The notes beneath the pieces were generated by a model. The model did no database searches, was not told where the DNA came from, and worked only from the letters and a program-made list of their open reading frames with translations. Positions 24,298-35,094 of a stretch of DNA of 64,000 bases are shown here, piece after piece; the stretch's first letter is position 1; every line of letters starts with the position of its first letter. The stretch is from positions 24,738,001-24,802,000 of the forward strand of contig OZ024764.1 in the NCBI GenBank assembly GCA_964016885.1, read 5' to 3'. A program made the translations under genes and the position numbers. The DNA comes from Eledone cirrhosa. Lineage: Eukaryota.

Positions 24298-25422
24298 CAG
24301 AATCCAGATCCCCTCGGGGAAATGGCCTTGCTCAGTATGTAGGAAAGGTGTAGGTAGGAACTCCATTCTCTGCCCCAAATGCAAACAATGGGTACACAAG
24401 AGATGTAGCGGGATCTCAGGAAGCTTAATTAAGAATGTAGGCTTCACATGCAGCAGCTGTGCTGTGACAGTAAGCAGCAAACAGCCACAGGAAACGAGTA
24501 TCACCAATCTCTGGGAGGGCTCTGTAGAAACAGTAGACAGCTTCTGCTACCTAGGTGACCGAATTAGCAGCGGAGGTGGGTGTTCAGAAAGTACAATAAC
24601 TATGGTAAGAACAGGATGGAAGAAGTTTAGGGAACTATTACCACTGCTAGCTGCAAAAGGCTTCTCCCTCAGAATGAAAGGCAGACTGTATGATGCGTCT
24701 ATCCGAACAGCAATGTTACATGGTAGTGAGACCTGGGCGCTGAAGGTGGAAGACTTACGTAGATTAGAGAGAAATGAAGCCTGCATGCTCCGATGGATGT
24801 GTAACAGTAATATACGTGAACGACAAAGCATAAATGAATTGAGGGAGAGACTGAGCATAAGAGGAATCAAATGCTGTGTGCAGGAGAGGCGGTTGCGCTG
24901 GTATGGACATGTGATGCGTATGAAGGATGACAGCTGCATAAAAAGGTGCAGAGCTCTAGAAGTCGATGGAAACCGCGGAGTGGGGAGACCCAAGATGACC
25001 TGGGATGAGGTGATAAAAGCCGACCTTACCCAATTACACCTCTCAAAGGCACTGACACACGACCGTGACCTCTGGCGTGACGCAGTAATACAGAGTACCC
25101 GACCTCCCATGGGTACAAGCTGAAACATATAGACAATATGCCCCCACACCCCCCACCGCAAGGTGGTCGTGGAGGTGCCACGGCAAAAGAGCACCCAGCC
25201 CACACTGTAAAGTGGACGTGTAGGCGCCACGAAAAAGCACCCAGCACTCACTGTAAATGAGGTTGGTGTTAGGAAGGGCATCCAGCTGTAGAAATTAAGC
25301 CAAATCAGTTCCTGTATGAGCAAGGCATGGTCAGCCGACCAGACACTGCCCACAACAGGAAAACCCGTCTAACCCATGCTAGCGTGGAAGAACGGACGTA
25401 AAACGGTGATGATGATGATGAT
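24298..25422 (+). mobile_element. RTE LINE 3' fragment with PHD finger and RT thumb
   Basis: WPCSVC..CPKC..H..C..CSSC, then FCYLG, AMLHGSETW, RRLRWYGHV; (GAT)n tail. Confidence 0.9.
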
Positions 25423-25457
<35 letters not shown>

Positions 25458-25611
25458 CACGCATATATACACATACATATACATACACATGACTGCTATT
25501 TAATATCTGCTAGTTTATAATAAATTGAAGTGAAGCCAACAGATGCATGTGTTTTTATTGGCAACATGACCCTACCAGAGTATATGTGGCCTTAAGGTAT
25601 AACTTATTTAG

Positions 25612-26287
25612 CTCAGTCCAGTACTGCTGGTGTCAGTCATTAGACTATGGCCATGCTGGGGCACCAACTTAGTCCAGTACTGCTGGTGTCAGTCATTAGA
25701 CTATGGCCATGCTGGGGCACCAACTTAGTCCAGTACTGCTGGTGTCAGTCATTAGACTATGGCCATGCTGGGGCACCAACTTAGTCCAGTACTGCTGGTG
25801 TCAGTCATTAGACTACAGACATGCTGGGGCAGCAACTTAGTCTAGTACTGCTGGTGTCAGTCATTAGACTACGGCCATGCTGGGGCATCAACTTAGTCCA
25901 GTACTGCTGGTGTCAGTCATTAGACTACGGCCATGCTGGGGCACCAACTTAGTCCAGTACTGCTGGTGTCAGTCATTAGACTACAGACATGCTGGGGCAG
26001 CAACTTAGTCCAGTACTGCTGGTGTCAGTCATTAGACTATGGCCATGCTGGGGCATCAACTTAGTCCAGTACTGCTGGTGTCAGTCATTAGACTACGGCC
26101 ATGCTGGGGCACCAACTTAGTCCAGTACTGCTGGTGTCAGTCATTAGACTACAGACATGCTGGGGCACCAACTTAGTTCAGTACTGCTGGTGTCAGTCAT
26201 TAGACTACGGCCATGCTGGGGCACCGACTTAGTCCAGTACTGCTGGTGTCAGTCATTAGACTACGGCCATGCTGGGGCACCAACTTG
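25612..26287. repeat. 56-bp tandem repeat (~12 copies), probably from a SINE terminus
   Basis: Unit TTAGTCCAGTACTGCTGGTGTCAGTCATTAGACTATGGCCATGCTGGGGCACCAAC; AGTCAT at 25635 and 25691. Confidence 0.9.
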
Positions 26288-26351
26288 AAAGGATTTAGTC
26301 ATTCCTATCAACCCTTATATTTCTTCTTTCTTTACATCTCTTGTTTTACAG

Positions 26352-26630
26352 GTTCAATCCTAGTGTCTGCGCAGCAATGTCAAATTCCTGAATATATCAT
26401 GATTGCTGATGCGACCAACTGCGCTGGTTACCTGCAGTGCTACCAGAACGAGGTGAGGCACAGGACATGCTTCAGTGGTACCCTCTTCAACATCCAGTCC
26501 AGATTCTGTGACTTTCCGAGTAACGTCCATTGTGGCACTCGGTCCATCAACGGAACTGTATCAGTTTCAACCACCCCACCCTCACATCGAACAACCACTC
26601 TCTCACCTGAAAAAAAGGCAATCATTGATC
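26352..26630 (+). CDS. CBM14 gene exon 2 (ChtBD2 domain 1 + Thr/Ser/Pro linker)
   Basis: TTTTACAG| acceptor, |GTGAGT donor, phase 1-1; six Cys: CQIP..NCAGYLQC..TCFSGTLFN..FCDFPSNVHC. Confidence 0.9.
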
Positions 26631-26636
26631 GTGAGT

Positions 26637-27598
26637 GACACTCTTATTCAAACATTCACTCTCACTCAATCATATTCTCACTCACACACACTCACACTCT
26701 CATACTCTCACTCACACATATACTCTCACTCTCTACTCATTCTCACGCTCACTCACTCACACTCACACTCTCATACTCTCACTCACACACACTCACACTC
26801 ACACACACTCACACTCTCACTCTCTCACTCTCTCACTCTACTCATTCTCACTCTCTCACTCTCTACTCATTCTCACACTCACTCACTCCCACTCACATTC
26901 ACTCACTCTACTCACACACACACACACACTCCCACTCCCACTCACACTACGTTCACTCACACTCACTTTATTATGACTCTCACTCACACTAACTCACTCT
27001 ATTCTCACTCACACTCACACTCTACTCTCACTCACACTCACTAACTCTACTCTCACACACACTCTACTCTCATTTACACCCACACTACTCTCACTCACAC
27101 TACTCTCACTCACACTCACTATCTCTACCCTCACTCACACTCACTCACTCATACTCACTCTACTTTCACTCACACTCACACTACTCTCACTCACACTATT
27201 CTCACTCACTCACACTACTCTCACTAACTCTACTCTCACTCACACTCACTATCTCTACCCTCACTCACACTCAATCACTCTACTCTCACTCATACTCACT
27301 CTACTCTCACTCACACTACTCTCATCCCCACTCACACTACTCTCACCCCCACTAACACTACTCTCACACCCACTCACACTACTCTCACTCCCACTCACAC
27401 TACTCCCACTCACACTACTCTCACTCACACTACTCTCACTCACACACACTACTCCCACTCCCACTCACACTCTACTCTCACTCACACTCACACTACTCTC
27501 ACTCACACTCACACTCTACTCTCACTCCCACTCCCACTCTACTCTCACTCCCACTCACACACTACTCCCACTCTCACTCACACTCTACTCTCACTCTA
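26637..27598. repeat. Nearly G-free CACT/CA/CT low-complexity tract filling intron 2
   Basis: Degenerate ACTC/ACAC repeats. Confidence 0.9.
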
Positions 27599-27605
27599 TT
27601 CAAAG

Positions 27606-27839
27606 ACTATAGATTCTGGTACAGCTTCCACTGTACCAAGTTTGGCAGCAGTGTCAACATCATACGCTGGCCCCACCCGTACAACTGCCAGAAGTTCTAC
27701 GAATGTAAGAAGCAGAAGCTGACTGATAAGATGTGTCCTACCACTCCAAGTAACCTCTTCTTCAGCACAGAACAACAGAACTGTGTGATTTTGATGGTTG
27801 CCAAATGCCCAGTATCCCCCCCATTTGGGCCCAATGTCG
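27606..27839 (+). CDS. CBM14 gene exon 3 (ChtBD2 domain 2)
   Basis: CAAAG| acceptor, |GTAAGT donor, 234 nt, phase 1-1; FHCTKFGSSVNIIRWPHPYNCQKFYECKKQKLTDKMCPTTPSNLFFSTEQQNCVILMVAKC. Confidence 0.85.
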
Positions 27840-27864
27840 GTAAGTGATACAACCATTTTCCATA

Positions 27865-27897
<33 letters not shown>

Positions 27898-27900
27898 CCT

Positions 27901-27994
27901 GACAGCTGAGCTCCTGCCTGCCATTTCAACAGCTATTTCCGAATTGAGTTTGGAAATAGCTGTTGAAACAGCAGGAGCTCAGCTGTCGGGGTCC
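27901..27994. repeat. Short palindrome with the 3' half of a hammerhead (family also at 17662, 21126, 31896)
   Basis: GACAGCTGAGCTCCTGC..TTTCAACAGCTATTTCC / GGAAATAGCTGTTGAAA-CAGC..GCTG-TC-GGGGTCC. Confidence 0.6.
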
Positions 27995-28230
27995 CGAGTC
28001 CTTCATATCATCATCGTCACCGTTTTACGTCCGTTCTTCCACGCTAGCATGGGTTAGACGGGTTGTCTTGTTGTGGGCAGTGTTAGGTCGGCTGACCTTG
28101 TCTCACTCAGACAGGAACTGATGCTGGCTTGATATCTACAGCTGGATGCCCTTCCTAACACCAACCTCATTTACAGTGAGTGCTGGGTGCTTCTTTTGCC
28201 GTGGCGCCTAGAGTTGGCAGGTGAACAGTG

Positions 28231-28278
28231 AGCTGTACTGATGAAGGGTGATACCCAGAAACATTAGTGTTTGCAGTT
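28231..28278 (+). ncRNA. Type I hammerhead ribozyme motif (GUU site), sense to the CBM14 pre-mRNA
   Basis: AGCTGTA-CTGATGA-AGGGTGATACCCA-GAAA-CATTAGTG-TT-TGCAG. Confidence 0.6.
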
Positions 28279-28470
28279 CTGTTTACATGCCAACATAAGA
28301 GCAAGAATGAAGGGTTCATTGTACTGACATGGCTATAAAATTGAGGCTTATTTGCATAATTGCAAGCGAGTCGAATGTTATTAATATTCGAAAAACTCAG
28401 ATTACATTTATTGTATTCAGCCATGTAGAGGGAACATTTTTTTTTTTTATATATACACATATATATATAT

Positions 28471-28501
<31 letters not shown>

Positions 28502-28576
28502 TATATATATTATATATAATATATATACATATATTATATATATATATATATTATATATATATATATATTATATATG

Positions 28577-28912
28577 GAGGCACATGGCTTAGTGGTTAGA
28601 GCATTGGCCTTGAAATCGAAAGGTTGTGAGTTCAATTCTCAGACCGGGTGATGTGTTGTTTCTTTGAGCAAGACACTTTATTTCACATTGCTCCAGTTTA
28701 CTCAGCTGTAGAAATGAGATGATAGGGACTGGGGTCCCTATCATTCCACTGCAAAGTGGTCGTGGAGGTGCCACGGCAAAAAAGCACCCAGCACTCACTG
28801 TAAATGAGGTTGGTGTTAGGAAGGGCATCCAGCTGTAGAAATCTAGCCAGAATCAGTTCCTGTCCCGCCCTTGCAAGCAGGGAAAAGCAGACGTAAAATG
28901 AAATGAAATGAT
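28577..28912 (+). mobile_element. Full-length tRNA-derived SINE family 2 with RTE-shared 3' end (heads also at ~45890 and ~47374)
   Basis: A box TGGCTTAGTGG, B box GAGTTCAATTC, central TTGAGCAAGACACTT, 3' part closely matching the RTE 3' UTR at 25160-25300. Confidence 0.8.
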
Positions 28913-29043
28913 ATATATATTATATATATATTATATATATATATAAATATAATATATATTATATATATATACATATATATTATATATATTCTCTATTTTC
29001 ATTTATATATATTATATATACATATATATCACATATATATATA

Positions 29044-29700
29044 TCGTCATCATCATTTTACATCCGCTTTTCCCTGCTTGCAAGTGTGGGAGGGGTCCTA
29101 TTCAGCCCAGCATCTCTCCACTTGTCACGGTCCTTCGTCATCTCCACCGTGAGCTTCAATGATCTGATGTCTGTTCTCACCACCTCCGCCCATGTTTTTC
29201 GTGGTCTACCTCTACCACGTCTTCCTTCAACTGGCAATTCCTAGTCATCCTCCATGCGCATCACACGTCCATACCACCTCAGTCCCCTCTCCCGTACACT
29301 ACATTCTATCCCTCTCAGACACAGTTTCTCTCTCAATACATTTATGCTGAATCGTTCACGCACATAGACACTGCACATCCAACGGAGCATGCTTGCCTCA
29401 TTTCTCTCCAGCCGTCGCATATCCTCTGCAGTTGCTGCCCATGTCTCACTACCATGCAGCATCGCGCTCCTCACACAGGCATCATACAACCGGCCTTTCG
29501 TACGCAGGGAGAAACCCTTCTTCGTCAGCAGAGGAAGCAGCTCCCTAAACTTCTTCCAACCCGTCCTTATTCTAGATACTATGGCCTCGGAACACCCTCC
29601 TCCCATGCTAATCTGATCTCCTAGGTACCGGAAGCTATCCACCACTTCTATAGCACCCTCCTGCATTTGAAAAATGTGTCTATCAGTGCGACTTCTACTG
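29044..29700 (-). mobile_element. RTE LINE 3' fragment
   Basis: ORF 29241-29666 FRYLG..AMLHGSETW..LRWYG; (GAT)n tail. Confidence 0.9.
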
Positions 29701-29714
29701 TCGGGTCTTCTCTA

Positions 29715-30194
29715 ATTCCGACCTCACACACTTACACCTCTCCAAGACAATGTCACTGGACCGAGATCGTTGGTGCTACACAGTAATACAGAAGACCCGC
29801 CTTACCTAAGTACAAAGTGAAACCTACTACAGCAGTAGACACCTCTATCAAAATACACCCCGTCCCACTACCCCCACCCCATCCACACCACCCCTTTCTC
29901 TGTAAAGTTATGTTGGTACCACAACATCCAGTCCGAAACAAATGAGGTCGTGTAGGTGTCACAACAAAAAAAAAACACACAGTCCACGCTGTAATGTGGC
30001 CGTGTAGGTGACACGGTAAAAACCTCCCAGTCCACACTGTAAACGTGGTTGGTGTTAGGAAGGGCATCCAGCCTTAGAAAACCCGCCAGTCAGTCCCATG
30101 CGAGCAAGACAACCACTCTTGCCTCAAGTGGGAAAACTCCTGTCCAAACCCATGCAAGCGTGGAATATGGACGTTAAACGATGATGATGATGAT
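29715..30194 (+). mobile_element. RTE LINE 3' end/UTR
   Basis: Closely similar to 16370-16725; (GAT)n tail. Confidence 0.85.
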
Positions 30195-30219
30195 ATATAT
30201 ATATATGCATATATATATG

Positions 30220-30259
<40 letters not shown>

Positions 30260-30429
30260 TATATACATATATATATACATATATATATATATACATACAT
30301 ATATATATATATATACGTATATATATATATATATATATATGTAAAGTTATATTTAAAATTGTTGGGTTACAACTAGTAAATATTTATAACTGATATAAAA
30401 GCACTCGACAAATACTTGGAGTATATTTA

Positions 30430-30800
30430 CAATATTAAATAAATGGAAAACTATATTTATAAAACCATATTTATTTCATTATATATATTTCGGGGATATC
30501 ATATTAACAATATGCTATGCCTTCATCAGACAAAATACAATATAAACAGTTTTATAGATAAATATATTCGACATACCGTAATAAACATCAACTTCATTTG
30601 AAGAGGTTCACTCTAGCAGTGAACCTCTTCAAATGAAGTTGATGTTTATTACGGTATGTCGAATATATTTATCTATAAAACTGTTTATATTGTATTTTGT
30701 CTGATGAAGGCATAGCATATTGTTAATATGATATCCCCGAAATATATATAATGAAATAAATATGGTTTTATAAATATAGTTTTCCATTTATTTAATATTG
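30430..30800. repeat. Apparently perfect ~183-bp-arm palindrome with a hammerhead on each arm (30693-30758 +, 30472-30537 -)
   Basis: Centre GAGGTTCACT-ctagc-AGTGAACCTC; TATTTTGT-CTGATGA-[stem II]-GAAA-TATATA-TA-ATGAAATA. Confidence 0.85.
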
Positions 30801-31052
30801 TATATATATATATATATATCTTCTCTCATGTCCCCCCCCTCTCTATCTTCTCTCATGTCTCCCCTCCCCCACCCCCTCTCTATCTTCTCTCATGTCCCCC
30901 TCCCCCTCTCTATCTTCTCTCATGTCTCCCCCCCCCCACCCCCTCTCTATCTTCTCTCATGTCCCCCCTCCCCCTCTCTATCTTCTCTCATGTCTCCCCT
31001 CCCCCACCCCCTCTCTATCTTCTCTCATGTCTCCCTATTTACTTCCTTCCAG

Positions 31053-31273
31053 TGCCAAGTGAAGAAGAAAAGAAATACAAAGTCATATGCCTCAAGAACC
31101 CCAACACTATAATGCGCTGGCCCTACACCAGGGACTGCAGGCGTTACTTCCAGTGCACATACGGGGTCTTCAAGCAAGCTATGTGCCCTTCACGACTGGT
31201 CTACAATGATAGAATGCTGTCCTGTGAAGTCCCTTCCCTTGACAACTTATGTGCTTTATATTGGAAGCCTTAA
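31053..31273 (+). CDS. CBM14 gene terminal exon (ChtBD2 domain 3)
   Basis: CCTTCCAG| acceptor, phase 1; [56 protein letters not shown]..stop; spliced CDS is 771 nt. Confidence 0.9.
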
Positions 31274-31295
31274 AGTCTGCCTGTCTTCCTTTTGA

Positions 31296-31327
31296 TATAT
31301 ATGTGTGTGTGTGTGTCTTTGTGTGTG

Positions 31328-31367
<40 letters not shown>

Positions 31368-31371
31368 TATG

Positions 31372-31414
<43 letters not shown>

Positions 31415-31499
31415 ATATATATATATATATGTATGTATATATATATATATGTATATATATATGTATGTATATATATATATGTATATATATATATATGTA

Positions 31500-31552
<53 letters not shown>

Positions 31553-31761
31553 ATATATATATGTATATATATATGTATATATATATATGTATATATATAT
31601 GTATATATATATATGTATATATATATGTATGTATATATATATGTATATATATATATATGTATATATATATATGTATATATGTATATATGTATATATATAT
31701 ATGTATATATATATGTATATATATATATATGTATATGCATGTATATGTATATATATATATG

Positions 31762-31813
<52 letters not shown>

Positions 31814-31884
31814 CATATATATATATACATATATATACATACATATATATATATACATATATATATATATACATATATATATAT
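31296..31884. repeat. (TA)n/TATG microsatellite (similar tracts at 6540-6946, 32783-33232, 47750-48180, 58890-59250)
   Basis: Alternating TA. Confidence 0.95.
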
Positions 31885-32779
31885 GAAATAATTCAGGACC
31901 CCAACAGCTGAGCTCCGGCTGTTTCAACAACTAGATCCAAACAGTTGATATTAACCAGAGCTCAGCCGTCGGCATCCTGAAGTTTTCCTATTACCCGCTC
32001 TACTACCCCAAATATCGAGTACTCTGGTGAGTATTGGTCTAACTGGTTTTTACCACCTCCAGTCTGATATATATACACATATATAAATGTATGAGTAAAG
32101 TTTGTTTGTGTAGATAAGTGTACAAACAAAAATAAATAAAACAAGTAAGATTGCTTACCAAATGATTTTTCTCAACATGGTCTTTGTATAGGTTGCAGTG
32201 ATAGTCTAATACAAGGGATCAGATTATATCCAGTTGGAAGATCATTGAGTAATATTTTTAAATGTATAGGAAAAACAAACACTAGGTGTGAAGTATAGGA
32301 AATAGTTGTTTCTACTTTAGGCACAAGGCCAGCAATTACCCAGTACATTACTGGTACTTTATTTTATCGACCCCCGTAAGGATGAAAGGCAAAGTTAAGG
32401 AAATAGTGAAGAATGTTATCAAAAGTTGGTTCTCTAACATATGTTTCAATACAATTTAAGTCTACATAGTGCTGCTTGCATAATAATATTATTATTATTG
32501 TTATTATTATTGTTATTATTATTATTATTGGTGGATTGGCAGTATCGGTAGAGGGTCGGTTGCCATGCTTAGCAGCAAAGAGTTACGGCCCTTTACGGTC
32601 TGAGTTCAAATCCCGCCAAGGTTAGCTTTGCCTTTCATCCTTACGGGGTCGATAAAATAAGGTACCAGTAATACACTGGGGTATTTGCTGGCCTTGTGCC
32701 AAAAGTAGAAACAATTATTATTTTGATAAAATTCTTCATTTTTCTATACTTCACGTATTTGTTTTTTTCCTATACATTT

Positions 32780-32824
<45 letters not shown>

Positions 32825-32847
32825 ATATATATATATATATATGTATG

Positions 32848-32882
<35 letters not shown>

Positions 32883-32899
32883 ATATATATATATGTATG

Positions 32900-33209
<310 letters not shown>

Positions 33210-33300
33210 TGTGTATATATATATATATATATGTGAGTTAAATATTTCCGAAGAAAAAGCAAAGGAAAAAAGAGTGCTCTATGTATTAAACAGAGCTATT

Positions 33301-33632
33301 TAATTAGAAAGTAAACAACACAAGGTTTCAGGACTTAGACAATATTAACATATGTTTAGTTTGCTCATCAGATGAAATATTGTGAATATATGAAATGAAA
33401 TTAAAATTCTATTAAAATTGAAAGTGAGGCTAGAAAATATACTTGTGTGCACAAATAAAAGTTTTATTTAAACTTTTATATTTTCTAGTCTCACTTTCAA
33501 TTTTAATAGAATTTTATTTTCCTTTCATACATTCACAATATTTCATCTGATGAGCAAACTTGACATATGTTAATATTGTCTAAGTCCTGAAACCTTTGGG
33601 GTAGTTATATATTGTGTTGTTTACTTTCTAAT

Positions 33633-33634
<2 letters not shown>
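33301..33634. repeat. Imperfect fold-back repeat with hammerhead-like motif (33534-33616 +)
   Basis: TAATTAGAAAGTAAACAACACAA mirrored at the right end; CTGATGA..GAAA-CCTTTGGGG-TA. Confidence 0.65.
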
Positions 33635-33670
<36 letters not shown>

Positions 33671-33679
33671 CATACATAT

Positions 33680-34290
33680 ATGGTGGCTGCCAACTCATTT
33701 TCGAGCACGGCCACTACTCTATATCCATGTAGGAGAACCCCTACCGATGCGCTGAACGAGTGTGACTTTCTAGTCCAGCCAGCGACTCGAAAACTCTGGT
33801 ACAAACACTACACTTGTGACAATTATTGACACATAGTGCTGGGCCCATGGTACCCTGTGACGACAAGTGCAGAGAGATCTCCAGATATAAAGCAATGCCT
33901 GCGCCGTGAAGCTTTTATAGTGAGCAAAGGCACTGCACAAAGCCAGTCCCACTCTCTTAACCAAGATGATATTTACCAAAAAGATGAACAAGTCAACATC
34001 ATTGGATACCATCAGGGTTGCAGGTGTTATATCAGAGTTTTCCTTCTCCTAGAATTCTGCCTTGACAAAGGCTAAGGGGTCATCTCTCCCGGTGATTTTA
34101 GATGGCCATTGACTCTTAAGAGCTCCTTTGCTCTTTGACAGGTTTTGTTTTTAGTCCTGCAGGATGTCCAAAGTCACCCTCCTCACCAAGAAACCTTGGT
34201 GGGGTTGCCAGTTTAGTCGCCAACGACCCGACCATGAGACAGCTTGTACTGGGATACATGTTACCAATAGCACCAAGTGGTGACCTGACA
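33680..34290. mobile_element. Unclassified retroelement-like dispersed repeat (related copy ~43141-43590)
   Basis: Shared TGGCTGCC..GGCCA start and CCTTCTCCTAGA..AAGGC.AGGGGT motifs; microsatellite flanks. Confidence 0.4.
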
Positions 34291-34966
34291 TATACATACA
34301 TATATACATACATACATAACACAGTAAAGAGAGAAGAACATATATATATATATGTGTGTTCAAATCATAAGGGTGATGAGCCATAATGAACCAATGTCTC
34401 TTCACTGAATGTCGAAACAGTTCTACCCTAAAGCTGTCTGGAAGTTGATAGTTATCATAGGTTCGTATACCTAATTTGTCCTTTTAATTGAATTCTGTGA
34501 ACTGTACTACCTTTAGTTAATGTATTCTTCACCTTGGAGGTTTGTGGTCGTTATGGCTTGAACACATATATATATATAATTATAAACCCAATTCTGCTTA
34601 GTTGACTGTATCTAGGCGATTACGCTGTCGAAATATTCGATAAATATTCCACTACGGCCAACGCGAAGCGCTAGTTTTGGTTATTTGTTGGAGATTCCTT
34701 CATAGAAGCCTCATTCGTATAGCCTGGTCTATTCGATTTTTTATATAGTTAATTATGCTAATTGGGAGAGGAAATAGTATATATTTTATCTTGTGATTCT
34801 ATAGACATGTTTTATGATATATATATATATATATATTGAGTATATGTTGGTTGTTTACCGACACCTCAGAGAAATAACAACCCAACCAGGAGCTGGGCAT
34901 ATTGGAGTATTGACGTAGTAAAACACTTCAACAACATGTGTACCTGTCTCTACCACGCCAATTCGG

Positions 34967-35021
34967 ACTGCCTGAAGAGGTCACAGCCAAGGATGGCTGT
35001 CACCGAAATATATATAGCAGT
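34967..35021 (+). ncRNA. Type I hammerhead ribozyme with palindromic stem III
   Basis: ACTGC-CTGAAGA-GGT(c)ACAGCCA agga TGGCTGT(c)ACC-GAAA-TATATA-TA-GCAGT. Confidence 0.8.
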
Positions 35022-35059
35022 ACATCTTTAATAAACGAAGCCAACTAGCTCAGCTGCTA

Positions 35060-35094
<35 letters not shown>

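Noticed and set aside
23804-25123. 439-aa ORF as a single gene
   Set aside because: Chance read-through across a Penelope end, microsatellites and two different RTE fragments
28583-28650. tRNA genes (also ~7297, ~32531 and ~47374)
   Set aside because: A/B boxes are present but there is no complete cloverleaf; they continue into SINE bodies
32155-32260. Possible minus-strand exon with GTAAGC donor
   Set aside because: All three frames contain stops and there is no clear acceptor
34368-34440. Possible hammerhead GGGTGATGAG..GAAACAG..CTGTC
   Set aside because: Core lacks C3 and stems I and II do not pair convincingly
34580-34820. Similarity to 58520-58770
   Set aside because: Old dispersed repeat with no recognisable termini, ORF or structure; cannot be classified
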